A stretch of 64,000 nucleotides of DNA, taken from contig CAXPTW010000024.1 of NCBI GenBank assembly GCA_964220165.1, positions 200,843 through 264,842 of the forward strand, written 5' to 3'. Origin of the DNA: Abyssibacter sp. (GTDB taxonomy: Bacteria; Pseudomonadota; Alphaproteobacteria; Rhodobacterales; Rhodobacteraceae). A program made the position numbers and the translations under genes. This document shows, piece by piece, positions 27,589 through 36,874 of this stretch; positions within the stretch are counted from its first letter, which is position 1; the number at the start of each line of letters is the position of its first letter. Below the pieces are notes generated by a model. It saw nothing but the letters and a program-made list of their open reading frames with translations. It was not told the DNA's origin and did no database searches.

Positions 27589-28911
27589 ATGAACGGCGTC
27601 GGATTCGAACTCTTAATGTCCGAGGTGGCTGCGGTGAAACCGGTCCATGTGGTCGGGCGTGTCGTCGAGGTCTCTCGCGGCGTGTTGAGCGTAGCGGGGT
27701 TGAGTGATGTGGCGGCCTTGGGCGACTTGGTTGAGATCGGTCACGGGACGACGATGCGGCGCGGTGAAGTGCTTCAGCTGAATAAATCCGTTGTGACGAT
27801 CTTGCCCGACGGCGGGGCGGATGGCCTCTCGATCGGGGACGCCGTCGCGCATATCGGGAAAAACACCATTGCCCCGGATGACAGTTGGATTGGCCGCGTG
27901 ATTGACCCCTTTGGGCGGGCAATCGACGGGCGCCCGATCCTCCAGGGCTGTGTGGAGCGACCCTTGCGCGGCACCCCCTTGAACCCGACCCAGCGACGCC
28001 CCCTTGGCGCGCGCTTGGAGACCGGGCTCGCTGTGTTCAACACGCTCCTGCCCATTGTTCGCGGGCAGAGGGTTGGACTTTTTGCCGGATCAGGCGTGGG
28101 AAAATCGACACTTCTGGCCAAGCTCGCAACCGGATTACAGGCCGATGTGGTCGTGATCGCGATGGTCGGTGAACGTGGCAGAGAGGTGCGCGAATTCATT
28201 GAGCGTGTCTTGGGGCCAAAGGGTATGGCACGGTCTGTTATTGTCGCCGCAACCTCCGATCAGTCGCCTATGGTGCGGCGGCGCTGCGCGTGGGCGGCGA
28301 TGTCCATTGCCGAACATTTTCGCGATAGCGGCAAGCATGTGCTGTTTCTGGCCGATTCTGTCACGCGTTTTGCCGAAGCGCATCGCGAGGTGGCTTTGGC
28401 GACCGGGGAGTCGAGCTCTTTGCGGGGCTTTCCGCCCTCAACCTCTCACCTCATCACCTCGCTTTGCGAACGGGCGGGGCCAGGGCTTGAGCATTCCGGA
28501 GATATTACGGCGGTGTTTTCGGTCCTCGTCGCCGGTTCCGATATGGAGGAGCCGATTGCAGACATTTTGCGTGGGGTGCTTGATGGGCATATCGTCTTGG
28601 ATCGTCAAATCGCGGAACGCGGACGTTTTCCTGCGATTGATCTTTTGCGCTCTGTGTCGCGGGCGCTCCCTCATGCGGCGAATGACGCGGAAAATGCTTT
28701 GATTGCCCGTGCGCGGCGGCTTTTGGGGACCTTTGATCGGACGGAAATGATGATTCAGGCCGGGCTTTACTCAAAAGGGACAGATGCGGCCATTGATGAG
28801 GCGATTGCAACCTGGCCTGCTCTTGATCGCTTTTTGGCCGAGGACGAACCCAAAGATGTCGCACAGAGTTTTGAGCGTCTCGCCGGCTGTTTCCAAAACC
28901 CGTCAGTCTGA
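27589..28911 (+). CDS. fliI: Flagellum-specific ATPase FliI
   Basis: Walker A GLFAGSGVGKSTLL and Walker B VLFLADSVTRFA, with F1-ATPase beta-like architecture. ATG 27589 is 5 nt after a GGAGG SD. The track used TTG 27568. Confidence 0.92.
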   Translation: MNGVGFELLMSEVAAVKPVHVVGRVVEVSRGVLSVAGLSDVAALGDLVEIGHGTTMRRGEVLQLNKSVVTILPDGGADGLSIGDAVAHIGKNTIAPDDSWIGRVIDPFGRAIDGRPILQGCVERPLRGTPLNPTQRRPLGARLETGLAVFNTLLPIVRGQRVGLFAGSGVGKSTLLAKLATGLQADVVVIAMVGERGREVREFIERVLGPKGMARSVIVAATSDQSPMVRRRCAWAAMSIAEHFRDSGKHVLFLADSVTRFAEAHREVALATGESSSLRGFPPSTSHLITSLCERAGPGLEHSGDITAVFSVLVAGSDMEEPIADILRGVLDGHIVLDRQIAERGRFPAIDLLRSVSRALPHAANDAENALIARARRLLGTFDRTEMMIQAGLYSKGTDAAIDEAIATWPALDRFLAEDEPKDVAQSFERLAGCFQNPSV

Positions 28912-28927
28912 CGCGCGGAGATAACGT

Positions 28928-29725
28928 TTACCGAGCGTTTGAAAGCAAGGTGAGCGCCGCCGATGCGCCAGAGAACTGTGACGCCGTATTCGCAAGTTCA
29001 GAGCGGATCAAAAACAGTTTGACCAGGTCCTCTTGTTTCTCAGGATCGGAAAATTGCGCTACTTCAGACGCCCCAAAATATTGATCGGCCTTGTCCCGAA
29101 AAATCGTCAACTGCTGATCTAGATCCAGACCACTGACAGAAGTGGGAAGGCCGAAGGCGGTTTGAAACACCTGCCGCAAGGCCTCGTTCCCCATAACGGA
29201 ATACCAACGCCCGTTGTCCGTGGTGTCCTTGGTTGAGATATCGGTAAGCTCGTCCTGGAGGTTCAAAGCGAGGCGCATGTCCTCATTTGTTTCCCCCACA
29301 GCAATTTGGAATTGCTTGTCTTGATAGGCGGAAATGATCTCATCTGGGAAATCGCTCAACACCGTGTTCGGCGTGTTGAAATCGCCAAAGCCAAAGGCCT
29401 CGGCAAGCGCGAGATAGCGCTTGTCCGAGAGTTTGTTGCCGATCGACTCGTCATCCAAACTGCCTTCACTCAGGACTTTCTCGATGAAGAACTTGTTGTT
29501 GATGTCCTCATCCAGCCCAAAGGCCCCAAGCGCGACTTTGAGCAGTTTGTAATCCGACACGAGATCTTCCGCCGTTTTGATGTCGGCGATATTTTCGCGA
29601 AAATAGTCGGTGTCGCGTTGAATCTGCGCAGAGTTGTTAAAGGCCGTCTGCTGCGTGTCCCGCGTGTTCTGGAGGACGACCCAGCCGGCATACCCACCAA
29701 ATGGAACGATGGGCTGATAGGTCAT
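28928..29725 (-). CDS. DUF1217-type flagellar-locus protein
   Basis: 265 aa. The N-terminus MTYQPIVPFGGYAGWVVLQNTRDTQQTAF...DYKLLKVALGAFGLDEDI matches my recollection of the alphaproteobacterial DUF1217 family found next to flbT/flaF. Confidence 0.6.
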   Translation of the reverse strand: MTYQPIVPFGGYAGWVVLQNTRDTQQTAFNNSAQIQRDTDYFRENIADIKTAEDLVSDYKLLKVALGAFGLDEDINNKFFIEKVLSEGSLDDESIGNKLSDKRYLALAEAFGFGDFNTPNTVLSDFPDEIISAYQDKQFQIAVGETNEDMRLALNLQDELTDISTKDTTDNGRWYSVMGNEALRQVFQTAFGLPTSVSGLDLDQQLTIFRDKADQYFGASEVAQFSDPEKQEDLVKLFLIRSELANTASQFSGASAALTLLSNAR

Positions 29726-30129
29726 TGGTATTTACTCGATGACAAAAGCCGCTCTTCGCGGGGCAGCAAACTGCGCAGGGTTTTCAGGGCCTGGTAGAAC
29801 TGGTGTTCCTGGATTTCCTGCGTCGCCGAACTCAACAACTTGCGACTGTCGCTATCGGTAAGAACCTGGCTGAGTTGTTCGATCCCCCGCATCAGTTGAA
29901 GGCTGGCTTCCTTCGCATCGGCGTCGCCGGACAAAATCAGCTGTGCGATGTAGCAGACTCGCCTGACGGGCGTTGTCACCTCTTCAGGATGGATCGCGTC
30001 CCGCAACCGCAAGATGTTTGCGTTGGGCGTAACAATCGAAAGGCGGGACCGCCGGTCGCCGTTCTCAATGACCGCGCCATTGATCAGGATGCGTTCTTTC
30101 GGTCCCAGTTTTAGAACAAGCCCGCTCAT
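29722..30129 (-). CDS. flbT: Flagellin synthesis repressor FlbT
   Basis: 135 aa. The segment LKLGPKERILINGAVIENGDRRSRLSIVTPNANILRLRDAIHPEEVTTPVRRVCY parallels Caulobacter FlbT. Confidence 0.8.
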   Translation of the reverse strand: MSGLVLKLGPKERILINGAVIENGDRRSRLSIVTPNANILRLRDAIHPEEVTTPVRRVCYIAQLILSGDADAKEASLQLMRGIEQLSQVLTDSDSRKLLSSATQEIQEHQFYQALKTLRSLLPREERLLSSSKYQ

Positions 30130-30530
30130 TGCGTTCCCTCCCTTTGCAGGCCTCTCATGACGGCCATGTTGATGTCGATAAGGGCGGTCTCATCCTCTTT
30201 TTTGGACAGAATCGCGGAGGTATGCTGGGCCGTGAACTGTGCAAGGTAGAAGATCTGCGCGCGAAGATCTGCGGGAAGAGCGTTGTCATCTTGGGCGACA
30301 TTGGACGCCAAAATGGTCCAAAGACGTCGGTTCTCATGAAGTGCCTTCACATAGGCCGCATAGGAAGATTTCTTGGTCTTCGCGGCATCTCTCAAACGAT
30401 GCGTGACGCGCGCGAAGGCTTCGTATTCTGTGCCCCGAGGCGTTCTGATGGGGGCGGCGGTGTTGGAATAGGCCGTTCGGGCCATTTGAAGAGTATTCAC
30501 GTCGTATCCTTCTGGTAACTCTGAAACCAA
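30126..30530 (-). CDS. flaF: Flagellar biosynthesis regulator FlaF
   Basis: 134 aa with the FlaF-like pattern TPRGTEYEAFARVTHRL...ALHENRRLWTILASNVAQDDNALPADLRAQIFYLAQF. Overlaps the flbT start. Confidence 0.75.
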   Translation of the reverse strand: MVSELPEGYDVNTLQMARTAYSNTAAPIRTPRGTEYEAFARVTHRLRDAAKTKKSSYAAYVKALHENRRLWTILASNVAQDDNALPADLRAQIFYLAQFTAQHTSAILSKKEDETALIDINMAVMRGLQREGTQ

Positions 30531-30557
30531 CTGCGCGGTATCCTACCGCGGAGGAAA

Positions 30558-30580
30558 CCGGGCGCCGTTTAGACGCCCGG
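30558..30580 (-). terminator. Hairpin CCGGGCG-N9-CGCCCGG downstream of the flagellin stop
   Basis: 7-bp GC stem located 10 nt after the flagellin stop on the minus strand. The trailing TTTCC is a weak U-tract. Confidence 0.3.
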
Positions 30581-30589
30581 AAAACGCGC

Positions 30590-32140
30590 TTAGCCGAAGA
30601 GCGACAGGATCGTTTGCGGGGCTTGGTTCGCGATAGACAGCGATTGCACACCGAGCTGCTGTTGCACCTGAAGGGCCTGAAGTTTGGCCGAGGCCTCTTC
30701 CATGTCCGCGTCTACCATTGCCCCGATCCCGGATTTCAGAGCATCCGTGAGGTTCGAGATGAAGCTGGACTGAGTCTCGATACGCCCTTGAGCAGACCCG
30801 AATTCAGCGGCGGCATCGACGGAGTTGTCGATGAGAGTTTCGATGTTGCCGAGGGCGGCATCCGCACCAGAGTCGGAAGTCACGTCAATGTTGTCGAGAC
30901 CGAACAGGCCGCCAGAGGCCGTGCCGCCCGTCGTCACACTCAGACCAAGCGTTTGGCCACCTGTGTCATCGTCGATGGCCAGAGACCATTGACCGCTCGC
31001 GTCATCATATTGGACAGCGGTGGTCAGATCAGAGTCGTCGCCCCCGTCGATTGCGGTTTTGAGACCCTTAGCCACGTCTTCCATCGTCTCGCCTTTACCA
31101 GCGATATAGGAATAGGAAGAGGAGCCGACCGTCGCGGTGAATGTGTAGCCCTCTTCAACGCCAGCAGAGGTGCTGAAGTCGATGGTCTCAGCGCGTTGAT
31201 CGATCGTACCACTTGCCGCAGAGAGACCGGTTTCACCGTTCAACTCTTCGATGACGGTTGTCCCCGAAGCGGAGTCGGTGGACACGGCAACGGACATATC
31301 CTCGAAGGCATTGGTGTTCGAGATCACAAGCTCGCCGGTGTTGGTGCCGGCTGCCGCGGAAATGCCGTCGATGCCCAGAGCGTTGATGGAACCCATCAGA
31401 CCGCTGACGACATCATCCGCGTCGTCGCCGGAAGCGGTGGTGTAGGAAATCGTGTGACCACCGAGCTCGACGGTAAAGGTTTCGTCCTGGGCGATTGTCC
31501 CGGCAATCTGGATCTGACCCGTGGTGCCGGTTGCTGCAGTCGTCGACGTGACGGAAGCGCCCGAAGCATCGGTGATCGTGCCGAGATCCGCCGTCGTCAT
31601 GCCGACCAGAGAATCGGTCCCGGCCACACCGGCTGAGGTCGACAGATCTTGTCGCGACACGGTGATGTCGGATGCGGTCACGGTGCCGTCGGAGGAGCGG
31701 TCGAGAGACGACAGAATGTTGACGTCATCAGTGCCTTCCACGAGGCTCAGACCATTGAAATGCGCGGCGCCGACCACGGATTTGACCTGATCGACCAGGG
31801 CGTCGATGTCGGTCTGGATTTTCTCACGGTCAACGTTTTCCTCTTGGGCAGCGACGACCTTGCCTTTGATTTCGGTCAGAAGGTCGGTCACGGTTTCGGA
31901 AGCTTCGGCAGCCACGGCAAGGGTCGATTCCCCAAGCGCAAGGCTGTCGGAGATCGCTTCGAACCCGGCGACATCCGATTCCATCACTTTGGAAATAGCC
32001 CACACGGAGGAGTTGTCCTTGGCGGACGCGACATCTTTACCGGTCGAAATCAGGCTTTGCGTTTTGGTCAGGTCCGAGTTGATAGAGTTCAGGGTCTGCA
32101 GCGCGACCATCGCGCCGTTGTTGGTCAGAATGCTGGACAT
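30590..32140 (-). CDS. fliC: Flagellin (516 aa, large variable domain)
   Basis: N-terminus MSSILTNNGAMVALQTLNSINSDLTKTQSLISTGK and C-terminus LQALQVQQQLGVQSLSIANQAPQTILSLF are canonical flagellin D0/D1 segments. The central region of about 250 aa is Ser/Thr/Gly/Asp-rich. Confidence 0.9.
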   Translation of the reverse strand: MSSILTNNGAMVALQTLNSINSDLTKTQSLISTGKDVASAKDNSSVWAISKVMESDVAGFEAISDSLALGESTLAVAAEASETVTDLLTEIKGKVVAAQEENVDREKIQTDIDALVDQVKSVVGAAHFNGLSLVEGTDDVNILSSLDRSSDGTVTASDITVSRQDLSTSAGVAGTDSLVGMTTADLGTITDASGASVTSTTAATGTTGQIQIAGTIAQDETFTVELGGHTISYTTASGDDADDVVSGLMGSINALGIDGISAAAGTNTGELVISNTNAFEDMSVAVSTDSASGTTVIEELNGETGLSAASGTIDQRAETIDFSTSAGVEEGYTFTATVGSSSYSYIAGKGETMEDVAKGLKTAIDGGDDSDLTTAVQYDDASGQWSLAIDDDTGGQTLGLSVTTGGTASGGLFGLDNIDVTSDSGADAALGNIETLIDNSVDAAAEFGSAQGRIETQSSFISNLTDALKSGIGAMVDADMEEASAKLQALQVQQQLGVQSLSIANQAPQTILSLFG

Positions 32141-32365
32141 AGCAGTAGTTCCTCAAATCTAGAGACGCTTTTTGCGCCGCATCAGTTTCGGTTTCCGCCC
32201 CCACGGACGGGAAAAGATCGTCATTCTGACTGAGTACGGAGACCGTGTTTCGGGCGACCGCGCCACCCCCTCGGGATGCAGGGTTAGATTTGAAGGGAAA
32301 AGGATAACATCTTACTAAGCGGTGCAGGGAAGTCGGAAAAATTTCGGTAAAATTCGAGCTTTACC

Positions 32366-32719
32366 TCAGATTTTTGTTTTTATCGTTAATGACTTATTGC
32401 CAATATCCAGCGCCTTCCCGGCTGGGCCATAAGTCACACAGCTCTGCGAGGCCTGACGCAGTGAACGTAGGCTTTCAACCGCCGATGTAATGCCTTTCGC
32501 CGAGGCCAAGAGAAGTACTCTGTTCTGTTCGGCTCGACGTTTCAGATCGCGCAAACGGTGTTCCGGGATCTGACATTTGGCGACGAGCGGCAATAGGGTC
32601 TCTTTTGATGCCATGAGGCTTTCCAAAGTCTTGAAATCGCTTTTCAACAGGGCGGCTTTTTCGCGGTCCAAGAGTACAGAGAGCGCTGCGACTGGGCGAA
32701 GGTGGTCAAAGAGTGCCAT
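32366..32719 (-). CDS. Hypothetical helical protein, possibly FlgN-like export chaperone
   Basis: 117 aa, helical, overlapping the 3' end of the rod-binding-protein gene. The function is guessed from size, position and an LLDREKAALLKSDFKTLESL-type N-terminus. Confidence 0.35.
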   Translation of the reverse strand: MALFDHLRPVAALSVLLDREKAALLKSDFKTLESLMASKETLLPLVAKCQIPEHRLRDLKRRAEQNRVLLLASAKGITSAVESLRSLRQASQSCVTYGPAGKALDIGNKSLTIKTKI

Positions 32720-33005
32720 TGGACTGCTCCTTCAGTGAGTTGAAAATCTGTTCCGCGAGACCGACGCCACCGGCTTCGACGATCTTCTGAGCCTGGGCTT
32801 CGACCAGAAAAGACGTGAATTGATCCTCACCGTTTCCCCCGCCAAAAGCTTTGGGCGTTTTGCCGAACCCAGAAAGCTTGAGCATTTCCGCGAGAAATTG
32901 CGCCTCCAACTTTTCCGAGACAGTCCGCAACTGATCCTCGCGGTGAGGTGTGGAGTCAGATGTTTGCAGCGCAAGGGGCGCAGGATTTGTGAGGTTGGGC
33001 GTCAT
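32706..33005 (-). CDS. Flagellar rod-binding protein (FlgJ N-terminal-domain type, no muramidase domain)
   Basis: Start set at ATG 33005 (MTPNLTNP...). The segment KLEAQFLAEMLKLSGFGK...FTSFLVEAQAQKIVEAGGVGLAEQIF matches the Rod_binding domain. The track's 5' extension was rejected. Confidence 0.6.
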   Translation of the reverse strand: MTPNLTNPAPLALQTSDSTPHREDQLRTVSEKLEAQFLAEMLKLSGFGKTPKAFGGGNGEDQFTSFLVEAQAQKIVEAGGVGLAEQIFNSLKEQSNGTL

Positions 33006-33085
33006 GGGTCGCTCCAATTCGAGACATTTTCTCTGTTCTAATGCCCATCTGGTAAAGAAGCGGTAACTCTCTACGGAGATAGTGG

Positions 33086-35263
33086 GTGCACGGAGAAGAA
33101 ATCCCGGGTGCACAGATGCAGTTTGATCGACTTGAAATCGCTTTTCGCAACGTCAAAGGGGCGCAAGACCTCTCTGCGGGGCCTATGGGGCATGAGGATA
33201 TGGGCATTGGTACCACGCGCGCTCCTGAGAGCTCATCTGTAAAAGGCGACGCGTTCTCGGATGTCTTTTGCGCAGATGAGGCGGCAGATGAGGCGAAAGT
33301 CAGCAAAGCGAAGGGTGTAGAGGCTGGTTTCGAAGTTGCGGCCGACGGGCAGGAAAAGGACGGGCAGCCGGCGAAAGAAGGGCAGCAAGCAGGGACACAA
33401 CTCACGGATGACGGCGTGATTCACGCTTCGCAAGGAGAGCGCGCAGGGAAGAGCGCGCGTCGGCCCGAGTGGAGTGAGTGGCCATTAGAGTCTGCCGAGC
33501 CGACGCTGACACATCCGGAGGTTTCTGACGCGGCGCTTCGGCCTGTGCAAGAGGAGGCGGAGACGAGTGAGAGTTTCGCCACATCCCAGATTTCGCCACA
33601 GATGAAGGAACATTTAGGCGTAATTTTGCGTGCAGAATTGAGGGGGAATGAGCATGGCTCTCAAAAAGAGACAGGCGCTCAAGCCGCCATCGACGAGGCT
33701 GAACCGATTGTCGGCATACTGCAGAATGTCGATCATACCACTTGGCGGGACGCTTCGGGGGGTGACAACCGCTATGACGTTCTTCCAGATGACACTCACA
33801 CCGACGATGCAAATCCAGGCGATAAAAACAACGTAGATGAAGCTTCGCGCGCCGTTCCGCTTCCTCACGCGGCTGCAGGAGGTGAGGCGAACGCGGAGGT
33901 GCAAAAGGCACCCCTTCCTGAGACCGCGCGCATTGACGCGCCCGTCAGACCCCACATGGTTTCGGATCATGGGCCTATTCAACCGAACGCCGACGCGCCC
34001 CACGAAAGCAAGCCTGATGTCCAGGTCGCTGCGGTGTTGACAGGTGAAGGGTCGCGGACGGCTGAGAGAAATCAACAGTCGAAAGAGGAAGCGAAAGACG
34101 CTTTCTCGGTGCAGAATGCGATGAGTGATCGGACAAATTCCGCCGTGGATAAAGAACCGCGCGCTCAGTTTTTGGGCCATCATCTTGGGGAGAGTACGTT
34201 GACGACGCAGTTCGGGCGCCACGCCCCAGATGGGACTTTTCCTGCTGTCACGGCATCGGCCTTCTCACAGGTGAAGCCGGAGTTAAAGCCTTCAGATTTC
34301 GCGACAGTGGGTGCTGCACAGGCTTCTCCTGTAGCGTTTCAGACTGGACAGACCGTGGAAACGACATCTGGGCCGGTCTCTCAGGAGCTGTCGGAAGCCG
34401 CGTCCGCGGCGGTTGTTTCACAAAGCCTGGATCGAGCCCCACGCCAAACGCCTGCGGGGGCAAGCGCGGATGATGTGATTGGCGCAAATTCTGCCCAGAA
34501 AGCCCTCTCCACCTTGGAACTTTCACCTGAGCACAAGGCCCAAGCGGGTAGTTTTCTAAATGTTTCGGCAGAGATAGTTCACGTGAGCTCTGAAGACCCT
34601 ACCTCTGCCCCCACTGAGAGAGGGGGTATTCCAGAGGCCAAAGACACCAATGCCGCCCCAAACCGGGCGCCGGGATCAGCGCTGATTGAGACTGTTTCGT
34701 CGAACACTGTGACAAAAACTTTGGACGTCGAAGCGGTTCTGAGCGATGAGGGGGACCAGACCTTTATGGAGGCTGCAGGCATGGTCAGTGTGGTCGGAGA
34801 AGGGGGGTCTGAGACGCGCCACACCTCAAGCGCGCAGGCGAGTCCGACGATGACACGCCATGATCTCCCCACGAAATTGGCCCTCCAGATCGCAGACGCG
34901 GCGCGACAGTTGCCGGATAAACCGGTTGAGATCACCCTGTCGCCCGAGGAATTGGGAAAGGTCCGACTGTCGTTCCATATCTCGGAAAACGGTGCGATGA
35001 ATGTCGTGGTTGCGGCGGAACGGATCGAGACCATCGACCTGATGCGCCGCAATATCGACAGCCTCATCGATGAGTTTAAGTCCATCGGATATGAGGGGAG
35101 CGCCTTTTCGTTCCAGAGTTTTGATGGACACCCGCAAGGGTCGGGACAGACGGCACAAGGCGCGCAGTCGCCGGAGGAGAGCACTATGCAGTCCCCCCTC
35201 CAAAGCGTCGATCCGATCCGGGTCAACCTGAGCACCTCGACCGGAATGGATTTAAGACTTTAA
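33086..35263 (+). CDS. fliK: Flagellar hook-length control protein FliK
   Basis: 725 aa. It has a long acidic/Pro/Thr-rich low-complexity N-terminal region and a C-terminal Flg_hook-type domain (VEITLSPEELGKVRLSFHISENGAMNVVVAAERIETIDLMRRNIDSL). GTG 33086 has a GGAG SD 7 nt upstream. ATG 33116 is the alternative start. Confidence 0.75.
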   Translation: MHGEEIPGAQMQFDRLEIAFRNVKGAQDLSAGPMGHEDMGIGTTRAPESSSVKGDAFSDVFCADEAADEAKVSKAKGVEAGFEVAADGQEKDGQPAKEGQQAGTQLTDDGVIHASQGERAGKSARRPEWSEWPLESAEPTLTHPEVSDAALRPVQEEAETSESFATSQISPQMKEHLGVILRAELRGNEHGSQKETGAQAAIDEAEPIVGILQNVDHTTWRDASGGDNRYDVLPDDTHTDDANPGDKNNVDEASRAVPLPHAAAGGEANAEVQKAPLPETARIDAPVRPHMVSDHGPIQPNADAPHESKPDVQVAAVLTGEGSRTAERNQQSKEEAKDAFSVQNAMSDRTNSAVDKEPRAQFLGHHLGESTLTTQFGRHAPDGTFPAVTASAFSQVKPELKPSDFATVGAAQASPVAFQTGQTVETTSGPVSQELSEAASAAVVSQSLDRAPRQTPAGASADDVIGANSAQKALSTLELSPEHKAQAGSFLNVSAEIVHVSSEDPTSAPTERGGIPEAKDTNAAPNRAPGSALIETVSSNTVTKTLDVEAVLSDEGDQTFMEAAGMVSVVGEGGSETRHTSSAQASPTMTRHDLPTKLALQIADAARQLPDKPVEITLSPEELGKVRLSFHISENGAMNVVVAAERIETIDLMRRNIDSLIDEFKSIGYEGSAFSFQSFDGHPQGSGQTAQGAQSPEESTMQSPLQSVDPIRVNLSTSTGMDLRL

Positions 35264-35273
35264 GGAGTTTGCA

Positions 35274-35939
35274 ATGGTAAACACGATCAGTTCTGCGGCC
35301 TCGACGACCCCGACAGCCGCAAATTCAGCGAACCAAAGCAGCGCCTTGAGCTCGGATTTCGAGACGTTTCTACAAATGTTGACGGCTCAGATGCAAAATC
35401 AAGACCCTCTCAATCCCGTCGAATCGACGGATTTCGCGGTTCAGCTCGCGACGTTCTCGGAGGTCGAGCAAGCCGTGCTCACCAACACGTTGCTCGAAGA
35501 TCTCTCGACACAGCTTGGCCTCATGGGGTTCTCAGAACTGTCCGGCTGGGTCGGTAAAGAGGCACGGACCTCTGAGGGGGCCTATTTCGATTCCGAAACC
35601 CCGATTTCGATGACAACGGAGTTTTCCTCAGCCGCCGACAATGCGGTTTTGATCGTGCGGGATTCCTTTGGCGTCGTCCGGCAAGAGATCGCGATTGACT
35701 CAACGGAGGACAGTTTTGTCTGGACCGGGGCGGATGCGAGCGGGGTAAAGCTGTCGTCAGGGTTCTATAGCTTTGAGGTCGAAAACTACTCCGGCGACAC
35801 CTATCTCAGCACAACCTCTGTAGACACCTATGCGCGGATCATTGAGGCGCGGGCGGACGACGGCGACACCGTTTTGGTGCTCGAAGGCGGGCATGAAATC
35901 GGGTCTGAGGATGTCACGGCCCTGCGTGATCCGGAGTAG
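35274..35939 (+). CDS. flgD: Flagellar hook capping/assembly protein FlgD
   Basis: 221 aa. Conserved N-terminal motif: DFETFLQMLTAQMQNQDPLNPVESTDFAVQLATFSEVEQ. Confidence 0.85.
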   Translation: MVNTISSAASTTPTAANSANQSSALSSDFETFLQMLTAQMQNQDPLNPVESTDFAVQLATFSEVEQAVLTNTLLEDLSTQLGLMGFSELSGWVGKEARTSEGAYFDSETPISMTTEFSSAADNAVLIVRDSFGVVRQEIAIDSTEDSFVWTGADASGVKLSSGFYSFEVENYSGDTYLSTTSVDTYARIIEARADDGDTVLVLEGGHEIGSEDVTALRDPE

Positions 35940-36013
35940 GGACTGATTGAGCGGTTGCGGTGCAATTGCGGCAGCCGTTACACTCCGGCGATCTTTCCGG
36001 AAGTGAGAAACAC

Positions 36014-36874
36014 ATGTCCTCTGGCCTGGCGGCGCTCCCGCCCCAAGAAATTTTGGCGCTCGCCTCCGATCTCGGGGTGAAAAATGCCATTTGGGTTCCG
36101 TTGACCGGCGGTCGGACCAATCGGACCTGGCATGCGCGTTCGGATCACGACGACCTTGTGTTCAAACTGTTCGATGACACGCGCGCGAATCCGCTTTTCC
36201 CGAACGATCCGCATCACGAAGCTGAGGTGTTGAAGTGTCTGGCGGGCCGAGAACTTGCGCCGGAGCTGAGACATAAGGCTGTCGTGCCGGAGGGGCTTTG
36301 CCTCGTTTATAGTTATCGTCCGGGCCGTCCTCTGACTCAGATGAATCCAGCGGCTATCCGACTTTTGGCCCAGGTTCATAAGGTTGAAGAGCGGCCGGAC
36401 TTGCGGCGGGTTAGCAGCCAGCCGAATGACCTTTTGTCCGCAGGCCATGCGTTTTTGGACAAGACGGCAACGCCTTTGGCGCGCCATTTGGAGGCGATGG
36501 CCCCGGCACCCCATCAGGACACCGTCGCGCCCGCCGTGTTCCTGCATGGTGATCCGGTGCCGTCAAATTTCGTGGCCTCCGGCGACACTCTGACACTGAT
36601 CGATTGGCAATGCCCGGCCTATGGCGATCCGGTATGGGACTTGGCTTTGGCCCTCTCTCCGGCCATGCATCATGTCTATGGCACGCCTCTGACGGAGGCC
36701 GCTGCCGAGACAGCGTTGAGCGCCTATCCGGAGCCTGAGGTGATCGCGCGGTTCCAAAGATTGGCGCCGTTTTTTCACTGGCGCACAGCCTGCTACTGTG
36801 CGTGGAAAGCGGGGCAGGGCGAAGAGATTTATGCCGAGGCGGCGGAGGTCGAACTCAGTACCAGAGTGCCATGA
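36014..36874 (+). CDS. Aminoglycoside/choline-kinase-family phosphotransferase
   Basis: Brenner-type catalytic motif FLHGDPVPSNF and metal-binding LIDWQCPAYGDPVWDLA. I prefer ATG 36014 over GTG 35960. Confidence 0.65.
   Translation: MSSGLAALPPQEILALASDLGVKNAIWVPLTGGRTNRTWHARSDHDDLVFKLFDDTRANPLFPNDPHHEAEVLKCLAGRELAPELRHKAVVPEGLCLVYSYRPGRPLTQMNPAAIRLLAQVHKVEERPDLRRVSSQPNDLLSAGHAFLDKTATPLARHLEAMAPAPHQDTVAPAVFLHGDPVPSNFVASGDTLTLIDWQCPAYGDPVWDLALALSPAMHHVYGTPLTEAAAETALSAYPEPEVIARFQRLAPFFHWRTACYCAWKAGQGEEIYAEAAEVELSTRVP

Noticed and set aside
25387-27922. Long 5' extensions of the flgF (to 26328) and flgB (to 27922) ORFs in the track
   Set aside because: The extensions are Arg/Pro/His-rich and antisense to fliQ and fliI. 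Internal ATGs with GGAGG SDs give canonical axial-protein N-termini. Similar trimming was applied to flgE, flhA, fliI, ubiE, the crotonase, dnaA, dnaN, gyrB, the phosphohexomutase, hupE, int and the rod-binding protein.
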